A DNA stretch of 39,694 nucleotides from Candidatus Bathyarchaeota archaeon B24-2 (GTDB taxonomy: Archaea; Thermoproteota; Bathyarchaeia; Bathyarchaeales; B24-2), in contig PCNA01000001.1 in NCBI GenBank assembly GCA_002490245.1, positions 1-39,694 on the forward strand, in the 5' to 3' direction. Positions 1 through 8,400 of the stretch are shown piece by piece. Position 1 is the first letter of the stretch; each line of letters starts with the position of its first letter. A program made the position numbers and the translations under genes. The notes under the pieces are model-generated. The model was not told the DNA's origin, made no database searches, and worked only from the letters and a program-made list of their open reading frames with translations.

Positions 1-650
1 CTCTCGCTCACCTTCTTTTGATAGCTTGAGATTAAAGCCTTAAAGTTGAACGGATTAAAATCTTCTATCCCCCTCTCTACGATGAAGTCCCAACACACTA
101 ATTTGGCTGCCTCATCGTCTAGAGAGACTAGATACTTCTCTTGAAAGGTCTTTTGAAGACTCATAGCCTGAAGGAACAAGTCAGCGTTACATTCAATCAT
201 CTCTTTGATCAGGTCTTCTATGCTAAAATCGGTTCTAAATCTCCTAGCTTTACCGCTAGCAATCGCATAGCATGAATAAAAAACGTCCACCACGATTTCT
301 GGATATTGAAACATTATCTGGAAAGGCCAAGTCCTGCAGATTAGAGGTTTGTCTCTATGGATTCTACAAAGCCTAGTCTTCTTATCTAAGAAGACGCAGA
401 CACCGCTCTCATCTTTCTTAATCTGATATTGGTAGGGATCGTTGATGGATACCGGCATAAACGCTGGTTCGATGAAGTCTTGGAGCTTTAGGCCCGTAAT
501 CCTCCTAATCTTCAGGGCTTCATCTTCTCTTAAAGTCGGATAATGTATACCGCAACAATAGGCGCATTTGAGACACTCGAATTTGAAAGAGTCTGGGAAG
601 GAGGTCCTCCATTTGAAGGTCCTCCCCTTAAAATCGATCTTTCCGTTCAT
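1..650 (-). CDS. CxxCxxCC (YkgJ/UPF0153-type) putative Fe-S/zinc-chelating domain protein, 3' end runs off the window
   Basis: Own translation of the minus strand from ATG at 650-648: MNGKIDFKGRTFKWRTSFPDSFKFECLKCAYCCGIHYPTLREDEALKIRRITG...ESGVCVFLDKKTRLCRIHRDKPLICRTWPFQ. It contains the exact CxxCxxCC signature (CLKCAYCC) and the downstream C..F.....C.I...RP..CR..P half of this family. The frame stays open to position 1. Not in the supplied ORF track because it is partial. Confidence 0.7.
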   Translation of the reverse strand, partial: MNGKIDFKGRTFKWRTSFPDSFKFECLKCAYCCGIHYPTLREDEALKIRRITGLKLQDFIEPAFMPVSINDPYQYQIKKDESGVCVFLDKKTRLCRIHRDKPLICRTWPFQIMFQYPEIVVDVFYSCYAIASGKARRFRTDFSIEDLIKEMIECNADLFLQAMSLQKTFQEKYLVSLDDEAAKLVCWDFIVERGIEDFNPFNFKALISSYQKKVSE

Positions 651-798
651 AGCATAAATGGAATACTAACCCCTTTTAAATCTCTCACTTACCGAGTGCT
701 CTCTTCGACCTAAATTACCCCGCATGCGTGTAAAAGAAGTTTCATATTAAACCTTTTTTATTGCCTTCCATGATCTTTATCGAAAGAAGGTTTAGAAG

Positions 799-1942
799 AT
801 GGTTCTGCGCATCGCCGTAGTCGGTGTGGGTTCTAGAGCGCAGCATGCCCATCTGCCTGTAATAGCTTCTATGCGAGATGTATGGCGACTAGCGGCCGTA
901 TGCGATATAAATCCATATGTCTCGCGACGAATCGGAGAAGCCTATCATGTTCCTTATTACACAGATATAGAGAAGATGTTGCGAAGAACTGGACGTAGTC
1001 GACTTGTGCACTCCTCCTGACACTCATCATATTATTGCTAAGATAATCGCCGAGCATTCGGTTCACATCTTCTGTGAGACCCCTATAGCGATCACTTTAC
1101 CCTGCGCGGACTTTATGATAAAAGCCGTTAGTAAGGCTGGCGTGAAGATGGAGGTTTCCGAGAATTACCATCGAATGCTCATCGAGAGATCTCGTTTCAA
1201 ACTTTTAGAGGAAGGTATCATAGGAGAAGTTTCTAGAGTCTACAACGTTAATTACAGACACTGCTACCATGGGATGAGTCTTCTACGCCTTTACGCGAAA
1301 AGTGAAGCCAGAAGCGTTACGGGGGCATGTAAAACTTTTAGTCTTAGAGAAGGGAAGGTTGAAAGATGGGATCACGCGATAATCCACTTTAAAAACCATG
1401 TAGTCGCTATTCACGACTTCTGCTCTCCTCGGCCACCGATCCCTTGGAGGAGGACGCGATACATAGAGGTCGACGGAACGAGCGGCTGTGTAGTAAACGA
1501 TGAGGTCTTTTCCTTGACCGATAAAGGACCGAAAAAACTGAAGCTGAGACCGTTAACCGTTAGTGTGAATGGGATAGAAGTGCCTGAGAGAATAGTAATC
1601 GACGATGAAGGGAAATTAAGGACCGTGTTAGTTAATCCTTACAAGAGGTACATGCTTTCAGATAGAGAGATTCAGACAGGTGGTAGCCTCATAAGCGTTG
1701 CAGACATGCTGATGAGCATCGCTGAAGCTGTGAGGAAGGAGACAGAACCAAGATATGGTGCTCTTCAGGCTCGGAAAGACTTAGAGCTTCACATCGCGAT
1801 GAGGGAATCGAGCCTAAGAGGAAGTAAACCCGTAAAGATACCGCTCACCTCGCTTACGAGGTATGAACGTCAGGTTCATCGTCGTTACGAAGAAAAATAC
1901 GGTCACAAGCCTCTAGATGACGCTCTAACTTTAACCGGCTAA
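799..1942 (+). pseudogene. Gfo/Idh/MocA family oxidoreductase interrupted by a +1 frameshift near 985
   Basis: ORF 799-1020 encodes the Rossmann N-terminus (MVLRIAVVGVGSRAQHAHLPVI...YYTDIEKML). The frame of ORF 1004-1942 read back to 983 gives EELDVVDLCTPPDTHHIIA..., the expected continuation of this family. The two parts join if one nt around 985 (cgaAgaa) is skipped. Confidence 0.7.
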
Positions 1943-2058
1943 AACCAGCAATAGACAGAAAGGTTTTTCGACAGGGTTAATAACGAATCTCCAGCCTCCC
2001 TATAGCGATCTATGTAAGATTTAACCTTTAGAACTTTCTTACAGGCTTACATAAATTT

Positions 2059-3765
2059 TCAATCGACTTCTACGTTTTCAGAGTATTTAGCGTATAATAG
2101 TTGAGTTTCGAATAAGAAGTTGTTTATAGTAGATAAGAAAGCTCTATTCTTCTGAGAGCCGTTTAACTCGAATTTTTCCGTCATTTTCATCAGTTTCTCG
2201 TAAGCCTCACTAAGAGAGGTGAGTTCGGGCATACTATCGTCGTCTTTAAGTATGTCGTATGCTCCTCTATCAGGATACCTGTACTCCAACCAGCTCTCAA
2301 GATAGATCTCCTTAGAGTTAACTGGTGAGAAAACCGGGGTTTTTCTTATGACTTCTATCTTATATTTCTCCTTTTCTCTATAGAATTCCTGATGTTTTCC
2401 TAAGCAAAAGAGACAATAGACTACCGAGAATATCTTGTACCTCTTCTGTAGATCGGCTATCTCCTTCATGTCTGAGAGTAGCTCTTCTCTCGTATGCGTT
2501 GGAATACCACATAGCATGTAACAGAGAAGTTTGATCCCTGACTTGTAGGAATTTTTAATAACTTCGATTATACTCTCTCTAGTCGTTCCTTTTCTCGAAA
2601 ACTTCAAATACCTATCTGAAAGCGACTCTACACCAAGCATCAGAAATCTGCATCCGCTTTTATATGCTACCTTTAAGACGTCCAAGCTTAAGGATTTAGT
2701 GGGTCGGGCATAGCATCCAAAGTAGATTTTTAACCCTGAATCTATGATCGCTTGGCTTAGCTCCTTCAGCCTAGAACTCGTAACCTCCGAATCTGTAATT
2801 AGGAAGTTCGAAGCATTATATCTCTCTTTTAACGACTTTAAATCCTCTATGACTTTATCGATCGACCTTTTCCTGTACTTAGGACCATATTGAGCATTTA
2901 ACTCGCAGAATTTACATAGTTTCCATGGGCAGTTTCTAGCCGAACTAACAGGCAGGACGAGCTCAGGGAAATAGTAATTCTTCAATTCAAGGTCAGAGTA
3001 GTCGGGGGTGGGTAAAGTGTCTAAATCCTCGATCATACTCTCCTGATTAAAAACTACTTTTCCTTTCCTCCGCCACACTAAGTTTGGAACGTTAGAGTAA
3101 TCGTCATCTTTTTCGATGATCTTTTTCACGAGCTCGAGTAATGCTTTCTCTCCCTCCTTCACGATTATGAAGTCTATGAAGTCGAAGCATTCCATTAGGG
3201 TTTGAAGGTCGAAGTTAAAGTAAGCTGGTCCACCCAACACTACTGGGATATCGCTTTCTCTTTTTACAAGTTTAGCTAGGGAGATCGAGAAGTTTACTTG
3301 GGAGTCAGCTAAAGTCGAGAAACCTATTAAGATCGGGTTATCATCTAATATCCTCTTAACTTTCTCCTTTAAGTATTCGAATATTGGGTTTTCATCGAAT
3401 CTTATTTTACCCTCGATATAAAGTTTAAGGATGGAGTTAAAGTGGTTTGAGTATTCCATCATGATCGAGAAGAAGGGTGCAACATAATCCACTATCAAAT
3501 CCTTATTATAGAATAACTTTCTGTTTTTAATTATCTCTTTAGCCGTTTCACACAGGATTTCCTCATTAACGCACTCGATCTCGTCTTTCCCTATTAACCT
3601 ACAGATCTTACCATCGACTATGTCGTCGACAAACTCAAGGTTTAAGTCTAAGGTTTTAACGTAAATGTTTTTCAGGTTTCTCTCTACATAACTCTTTAAG
3701 TATGCTATACCGATCGGCACGCAGGAAGGCGCGATATAGGGTGGAAATATGAGATTTACTCTCAT
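2059..3765 (-). CDS. B12-binding domain radical SAM protein with non-canonical CX4CX2C cluster motif
   Basis: 568-aa ORF. The N-terminal half resembles a cobalamin-binding domain (IGFSTLADSQVNFSISLAKLVKRESDIPVVLGGP). The radical SAM core contains ARNCPWKLCKFC. The gene is visibly AT-richer than its neighbours (about 33-38% GC in sampled lines versus about 50%). Confidence 0.75.
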   Translation of the reverse strand: MRVNLIFPPYIAPSCVPIGIAYLKSYVERNLKNIYVKTLDLNLEFVDDIVDGKICRLIGKDEIECVNEEILCETAKEIIKNRKLFYNKDLIVDYVAPFFSIMMEYSNHFNSILKLYIEGKIRFDENPIFEYLKEKVKRILDDNPILIGFSTLADSQVNFSISLAKLVKRESDIPVVLGGPAYFNFDLQTLMECFDFIDFIIVKEGEKALLELVKKIIEKDDDYSNVPNLVWRRKGKVVFNQESMIEDLDTLPTPDYSDLELKNYYFPELVLPVSSARNCPWKLCKFCELNAQYGPKYRKRSIDKVIEDLKSLKERYNASNFLITDSEVTSSRLKELSQAIIDSGLKIYFGCYARPTKSLSLDVLKVAYKSGCRFLMLGVESLSDRYLKFSRKGTTRESIIEVIKNSYKSGIKLLCYMLCGIPTHTREELLSDMKEIADLQKRYKIFSVVYCLFCLGKHQEFYREKEKYKIEVIRKTPVFSPVNSKEIYLESWLEYRYPDRGAYDILKDDDSMPELTSLSEAYEKLMKMTEKFELNGSQKNRAFLSTINNFLFETQLLYAKYSENVEVD

Positions 3766-3881
3766 ATTCCTAAAAAGTAGGATGTCGATTTTCAGATTTA
3801 TATTTTACACAGAATAGCGTCTTTTATTTTATCTACATATAAAATTTTTAAATGAAAGAGGAACCCCTTTAATAGTAAACG
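3766..3881. promoter_or_regulatory. AT-rich divergent promoter region between the two radical SAM genes
   Basis: 116-bp intergenic region with several TATA-like tracts (tttatatttt, acatataaaattttta) facing both directions. No transcription data. Confidence 0.4.
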
Positions 3882-5351
3882 ATGGAACCTTGTGAGAGCG
3901 TAAAGGATTACATTCAAAAAGTCGATTTGCAGGGCGTTAAGTGTATTCTCATCGACCCTCCTAGACTGGTAAACCCATCGTGGAGTGATGGCATAAAAAA
4001 GATCCTTAGGTTTCACGACATAAATCCGCCGATGGGGCTAGCTTATATCGCGGGAGTGCTTAGAGAGGCCGGAGCAAAAGTAAAGATCTTAGATGCTAGG
4101 TCTCTGAGCATGCCGCATAACGAAGTTTTAAGGATAGTTGAGAAGAACAGGCCTGATTATGTAGGTATAACAGCCGTTACCCCACAGATGAAGAGCGCTT
4201 TATATTTATCTAAACTCATTAAGGAGAGCTGCCTAGACACAAAAATTATCCTTGGAGGACCACACGTCCATTTCGAGCATGAAGCGATAATCAGAGAGAA
4301 CGACGTTATAGACTTTTGTGTCAGAGGAGAAGGAGAGCTCACCCTACTAGAATTAATTAAGACTTTAAGAGAGAAAGGCAAACTCGAGAAGGTTAGAGGA
4401 ATCACCTTTAGAAGAGGTAAGAGAGTGATAGTGACTCCAGACAGGCCTTTCATAAAAGATTTAGACTCACTACCATACCCTGCAAGAGACTTACTGCCCA
4501 ACCATATATATAAATACTCAAAGTTTGGGTTAAACTGGACAGTCCTACTTGCTCAGAGAGGCTGTCCTTATAGATGCCACTTCTGCTCGAACCATGCGAT
4601 GTGGCGTTATCAGAGGAGGAGGTCTGTAGAGAACGTCTTAGACGAGATAGAGTATTGCCGTAGAAGGTTTCACGTCGAATACATAAAGTTTGCGGACGAC
4701 GTTTTCGTAATCAACAAGAAATGGGTCGCGGAGTTCTGTAAAGGCTTGATCGAGAGAGGGTTAGACGACATCCGATGGGCATGCGACTGTAGAGTAGACT
4801 TATTATCGGAGGACATACTAAGGAAGATGGCAGAGGCTAACTGCGAAACGATATTCTTCGGGTTAGAATTCGGAAACCAGAGGATACTGGATTTATGTGA
4901 GAAAGGTTTCACAATCCCCCAGATCTATAGGGCCATAAAAGCTACAAAGAAGGCTGGAATCTCACCATGCGGATACTTCATGATAGGGTACCCTACAGAG
5001 ACTAGGGAGACCATCATGGATACGATAAACCTCGCTAAAGACTTAATCCTAAACTACGGTTTAGACTACGCCGGCTTCTCTATAGTCACACCCTATCCAG
5101 GAACGAGACTCTACGAGTACTGTAAGAAGAGGAATATACTGAAGACTTGCGACCATCTACTTCATCCAAGGGAAGGATATATCGAGGTGGGAGGGAAGAG
5201 TGCCATGATCCTACTTCCATATCCCCCGATCAAATTAGAGAACCTTACGGACGAGGAATTAATAGAGTTATATCGAAAGGCTCATGAGGAAGTCGCTAAA
5301 GCCTTCGAGGAGCGAAGACAGAAGTTATCAGGAAAAATCTATCACGTATAA
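3882..5351 (+). CDS. B12-binding domain radical SAM protein (class B, canonical CX3CX2C)
   Basis: 489-aa ORF. B12-binding-like N-domain (YVGITAVTPQMKSALYLSKLIKESCLDTKIILGGPHV), then QRGCPYRCHFCSN and a typical class B radical SAM core. Confidence 0.85.
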   Translation: MEPCESVKDYIQKVDLQGVKCILIDPPRLVNPSWSDGIKKILRFHDINPPMGLAYIAGVLREAGAKVKILDARSLSMPHNEVLRIVEKNRPDYVGITAVTPQMKSALYLSKLIKESCLDTKIILGGPHVHFEHEAIIRENDVIDFCVRGEGELTLLELIKTLREKGKLEKVRGITFRRGKRVIVTPDRPFIKDLDSLPYPARDLLPNHIYKYSKFGLNWTVLLAQRGCPYRCHFCSNHAMWRYQRRRSVENVLDEIEYCRRRFHVEYIKFADDVFVINKKWVAEFCKGLIERGLDDIRWACDCRVDLLSEDILRKMAEANCETIFFGLEFGNQRILDLCEKGFTIPQIYRAIKATKKAGISPCGYFMIGYPTETRETIMDTINLAKDLILNYGLDYAGFSIVTPYPGTRLYEYCKKRNILKTCDHLLHPREGYIEVGGKSAMILLPYPPIKLENLTDEELIELYRKAHEEVAKAFEERRQKLSGKIYHV

Positions 5352-5412
5352 GAGTAACCCTTAAAAGGGAGGTAGAAGAAAAGGAGTTTAAAGGCCTTCC
5401 CTTAATAGAACG

Positions 5413-7164
5413 ATGCGGACATTTATTTCAGGCTTAAATTTGAGGTCTCTTCTCGAAGGCAATATTAGAGCTTTTGCTGTTAGAGGTCTACTTCTAACCT
5501 TAGGTCAAGGCTTAACAGGAGGGCTGGTGATGCTGTATGTTAAGAACGTTTTGGGTGCAGACGCATTAGTCATAGGCTCCTTCACTTCGCTGTGGTGTGC
5601 GGTATTCGTGGTCTTCATCTTGCTGGGTGGTTGGGTAGCAGACCGATACGACAGAAAGAAGACTTATCTCCTAGGGTCAGCGTTAGCCTTACCCACTCCT
5701 CTAATATACGCCCTGTCCCCCTCATGGCACATGATATTTTTAGCGTATTTTTTCGACGCTTTAAGCTCCGCATTTGTTGTTCCGGCATATCAATCGATCC
5801 TCTTCAGCTCGGTAGAGCGGAATAGAAGAAGCCGTGCAATAGCAGTAATAAACACTTTAAGCCACCTTGTCAACATGATCGTTCCTCCATTAAGCGCTTT
5901 AGCTGTTCAGTTAACAGGCGGCTTAAACAATCTACGCCTCATGTTTCTTCTTCAATTTACAGTCACCTTATGCGTTTGGCTCTATACTTCTAAAGCTATT
6001 CAAATTAAATCCGTTAATGAAAAGCTCCAGCCTAATGGGTTAAGCTCGACTATGAAGGACTTCTTCGGTCAGATCAAGAAAGTTTACCGTGTCGCGAGAG
6101 AAAGAAAAGCTATGCCCTGGCTTTACTTATATTTAACTGGACCGCTGGCATGGGGTGTAGTGAATCCTTTCTGGACTATATATGCGGCGGAGGTCTGTAA
6201 GTCGCCACTCTACGTTATCGGTCTGCTTTCCACGGTCAGTAGCTTAACGATAGTGCTCCTGCAAATCCCATTATCCAAAGTTTCAGATAGGAAAGGGAGA
6301 AAGAAAATAATACTTACTTTCCGGCCTTTCAGATACCTGTGCTTAATAATCCTTATCCTTGCAGGAAGCTTCGATATGCCTCTCTTCGTATCGTTTATCC
6401 CCCTTCTAGCTTGGGTGCTAGATGCTATAGGCGTTTCTTCAAGTCCCTCATGGATGGCAGCGTCCAGAGAAGTCATACCTGAGGATCTTCAAGGAACCTG
6501 GAATTCGCTTCTAAACCTTCTTTACCATTCCACAGCTGTTTTCTGTGGAGTTCTCGGTGGACTGCTATGGAACATCGACCCCAGATTACCCTTCATAATG
6601 GCTTTAGTGGTAGACTCTTCGATCAGGTATCCTCTACTCCATAAGATTCCGGAGACCCTACTAGCTATACGTTACAGACCAAGAGCCATAGGGCCGCACA
6701 TAGCCATATACGGTCTTCCTGGAGCGGGGCAGACTTACACCGCTAGGCTGTTGGGAAGGATGACAGGCTCCGAAATAGTGGACGAAAGGTTTTGGAGTGG
6801 GGATGAGGAGAAGGCTGAGAGGCTTATCGATAAAGTTCTGAAACGCGACGAGAACGTCATAATCGAGGGTAAACCTGCGGTTCTAGCGGCGAGACGGCCT
6901 GAGAGGTCGATCGTGGTTCTGTTGGTTGCGCCTAAAGAAGAGCGCATAATAAGGAAGATGAAGGATGTAAAGAAGCCTGACTTTATAGTGTTAAATTTAA
7001 TCGAAGAAGAGGACCGTGAAGTCCAGAAGCTAGTTAAGAGGCTTTACAGAGCGGATATATCGAGGCTTCCACCCTTTGATTTGGCTATAAACACGGAGAG
7101 GATACCTCCAGAAACGGTAGCAAAGATAATCTCGTTAATCCATAAAGAAAAGTTAAAACGATGA
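5413..7164 (+). CDS. MFS transporter fused to a C-terminal cytidylate-kinase-like (AAA/P-loop NMP kinase) domain with degenerate Walker A
   Basis: 583-aa ORF. Residues about 1-410 are polytopic and carry MFS motif A (GGWVADRYDRKKT). The C-terminal about 160 aa (HIAIYGLPGAGQTYTARLLGRMTG...DLAINTERIPPE) resembles archaeal cytidylate kinase, but the Walker A reads GLPGAGQT (Gln codon cag where Lys is expected). Confidence 0.7.
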   Translation: MRTFISGLNLRSLLEGNIRAFAVRGLLLTLGQGLTGGLVMLYVKNVLGADALVIGSFTSLWCAVFVVFILLGGWVADRYDRKKTYLLGSALALPTPLIYALSPSWHMIFLAYFFDALSSAFVVPAYQSILFSSVERNRRSRAIAVINTLSHLVNMIVPPLSALAVQLTGGLNNLRLMFLLQFTVTLCVWLYTSKAIQIKSVNEKLQPNGLSSTMKDFFGQIKKVYRVARERKAMPWLYLYLTGPLAWGVVNPFWTIYAAEVCKSPLYVIGLLSTVSSLTIVLLQIPLSKVSDRKGRKKIILTFRPFRYLCLIILILAGSFDMPLFVSFIPLLAWVLDAIGVSSSPSWMAASREVIPEDLQGTWNSLLNLLYHSTAVFCGVLGGLLWNIDPRLPFIMALVVDSSIRYPLLHKIPETLLAIRYRPRAIGPHIAIYGLPGAGQTYTARLLGRMTGSEIVDERFWSGDEEKAERLIDKVLKRDENVIIEGKPAVLAARRPERSIVVLLVAPKEERIIRKMKDVKKPDFIVLNLIEEEDREVQKLVKRLYRADISRLPPFDLAINTERIPPETVAKIISLIHKEKLKR

Positions 7165-7305
7165 TTAAGGCCTCTGTAACAAAATTGACGTTCTCTAAAG
7201 GAACCATTTAAGAATGTGTTACTTCTAGACTGTTTGCATTTTAATTCTCGATCAACTTTTAAGGTCTAAGCGATACTTTAGATACTGTAACTCTCGAGTT
7301 AAAGG

Positions 7306-8388
7306 GTGGTTGAAACGGTTAAGTACGACCTGTTGGTTAAGGGAGGCTTAGTTATAGATCCCTCTCAAGGCATACACGACAAGCTAGATGTAGCGGTCTT
7401 TAAAGGTAGAATAGTGAACTTAGGAGTTAACCTCAACCCTAAAGAATCTAAAGAAGTTTTAGAAGTCGACGGTCAGATAGTGACTCCCGGGGTTATAGAC
7501 CTCCATACCCACGTCTTCTATCTGCTAGGTCATAAAAGAGAAGGTCTCAAGGTGGATTCGACGAGTCTAGCTAAAGGCGTAACCACAGTCTTGGACGCCG
7601 GCTCCTTCTATCCAGAGGATGTGGAAGCTTTCAGATACTATATAGTGGAAAGGTCTAGAACTAGGGTGTACGCGCTCCTCTCCATGAAACCCGACGGGAA
7701 TCCCCGAGAATACGGTGGAACGGTTAAGGCAAACCGAGACTTCCTCGTCGGGATAAAGTATCATCACGGAGGTTTAGGAACCATGGACATGCTTATACTA
7801 GCCAGAGAAGCCGCTGACCGGGGCGAATGCACGCTTATGTGTGAACCCTATGGACCTAAACTTAAAACTATACTCGAATACATGTATAGAGGGGATGTCC
7901 TTACACATAGTTTTCATCCCCCGCCTAGAAGAGGACTCCTCGACGAAGACGGAAAAGTCTTGCCAGAGGTTTGGGAGGCTATTAAACGCGGGGTATACCT
8001 AGACCAAGGCCATGGGAGAAGCGGCTTCTCATTCGAAGTCGCCGAGAAGTGTTTAAAACAGGGTCTGCCCCCGTTCACGATAAGTACAGACTTACACAAA
8101 CTGTCTGTGAACGGCCCCGTATATGATATGCCGACGACCATGTCTAAATGGATGGCTCTAGGAATGTCTCTAGAGGAGGTTATCAAAAGGTCTACTCTAC
8201 ATCCAGCTATAGTCCTAAAGAAGGATGGCTATCTTGGAACGCTTAAAATAGGTGCCTGTGCGGATATATCGTGCTTTAAGATGCTTGAAGGCGAGTTTGT
8301 ATTTGAGGATTCGGCTGGTGAAAAGAGGACCGGAAGATACAAGCTGGAACCGATGCACGTAGTAAGGTCGGGTGAAGTAGTCTTCTAG
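7306..8388 (+). CDS. Amidohydrolase-superfamily metallohydrolase (dihydroorotase/deacetylase-like)
   Basis: 360-aa ORF with GTG start. The N-terminal beta-sandwich pattern (YDLLVKGGLVIDPSQG...) is followed by the metal-binding motif GVIDLHTHVF. Confidence 0.75.
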   Translation: MVETVKYDLLVKGGLVIDPSQGIHDKLDVAVFKGRIVNLGVNLNPKESKEVLEVDGQIVTPGVIDLHTHVFYLLGHKREGLKVDSTSLAKGVTTVLDAGSFYPEDVEAFRYYIVERSRTRVYALLSMKPDGNPREYGGTVKANRDFLVGIKYHHGGLGTMDMLILAREAADRGECTLMCEPYGPKLKTILEYMYRGDVLTHSFHPPPRRGLLDEDGKVLPEVWEAIKRGVYLDQGHGRSGFSFEVAEKCLKQGLPPFTISTDLHKLSVNGPVYDMPTTMSKWMALGMSLEEVIKRSTLHPAIVLKKDGYLGTLKIGACADISCFKMLEGEFVFEDSAGEKRTGRYKLEPMHVVRSGEVVF

Positions 8389-8400
8389 AGGAAGGAGCTT

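Noticed and set aside
970-1010. Whether the Gfo/Idh/MocA break is a second BHB-type intron
   Set aside because: The frames are reconciled by a single nucleotide. No flanking helices or 3-nt bulges can be drawn, so it is a plain frameshift.
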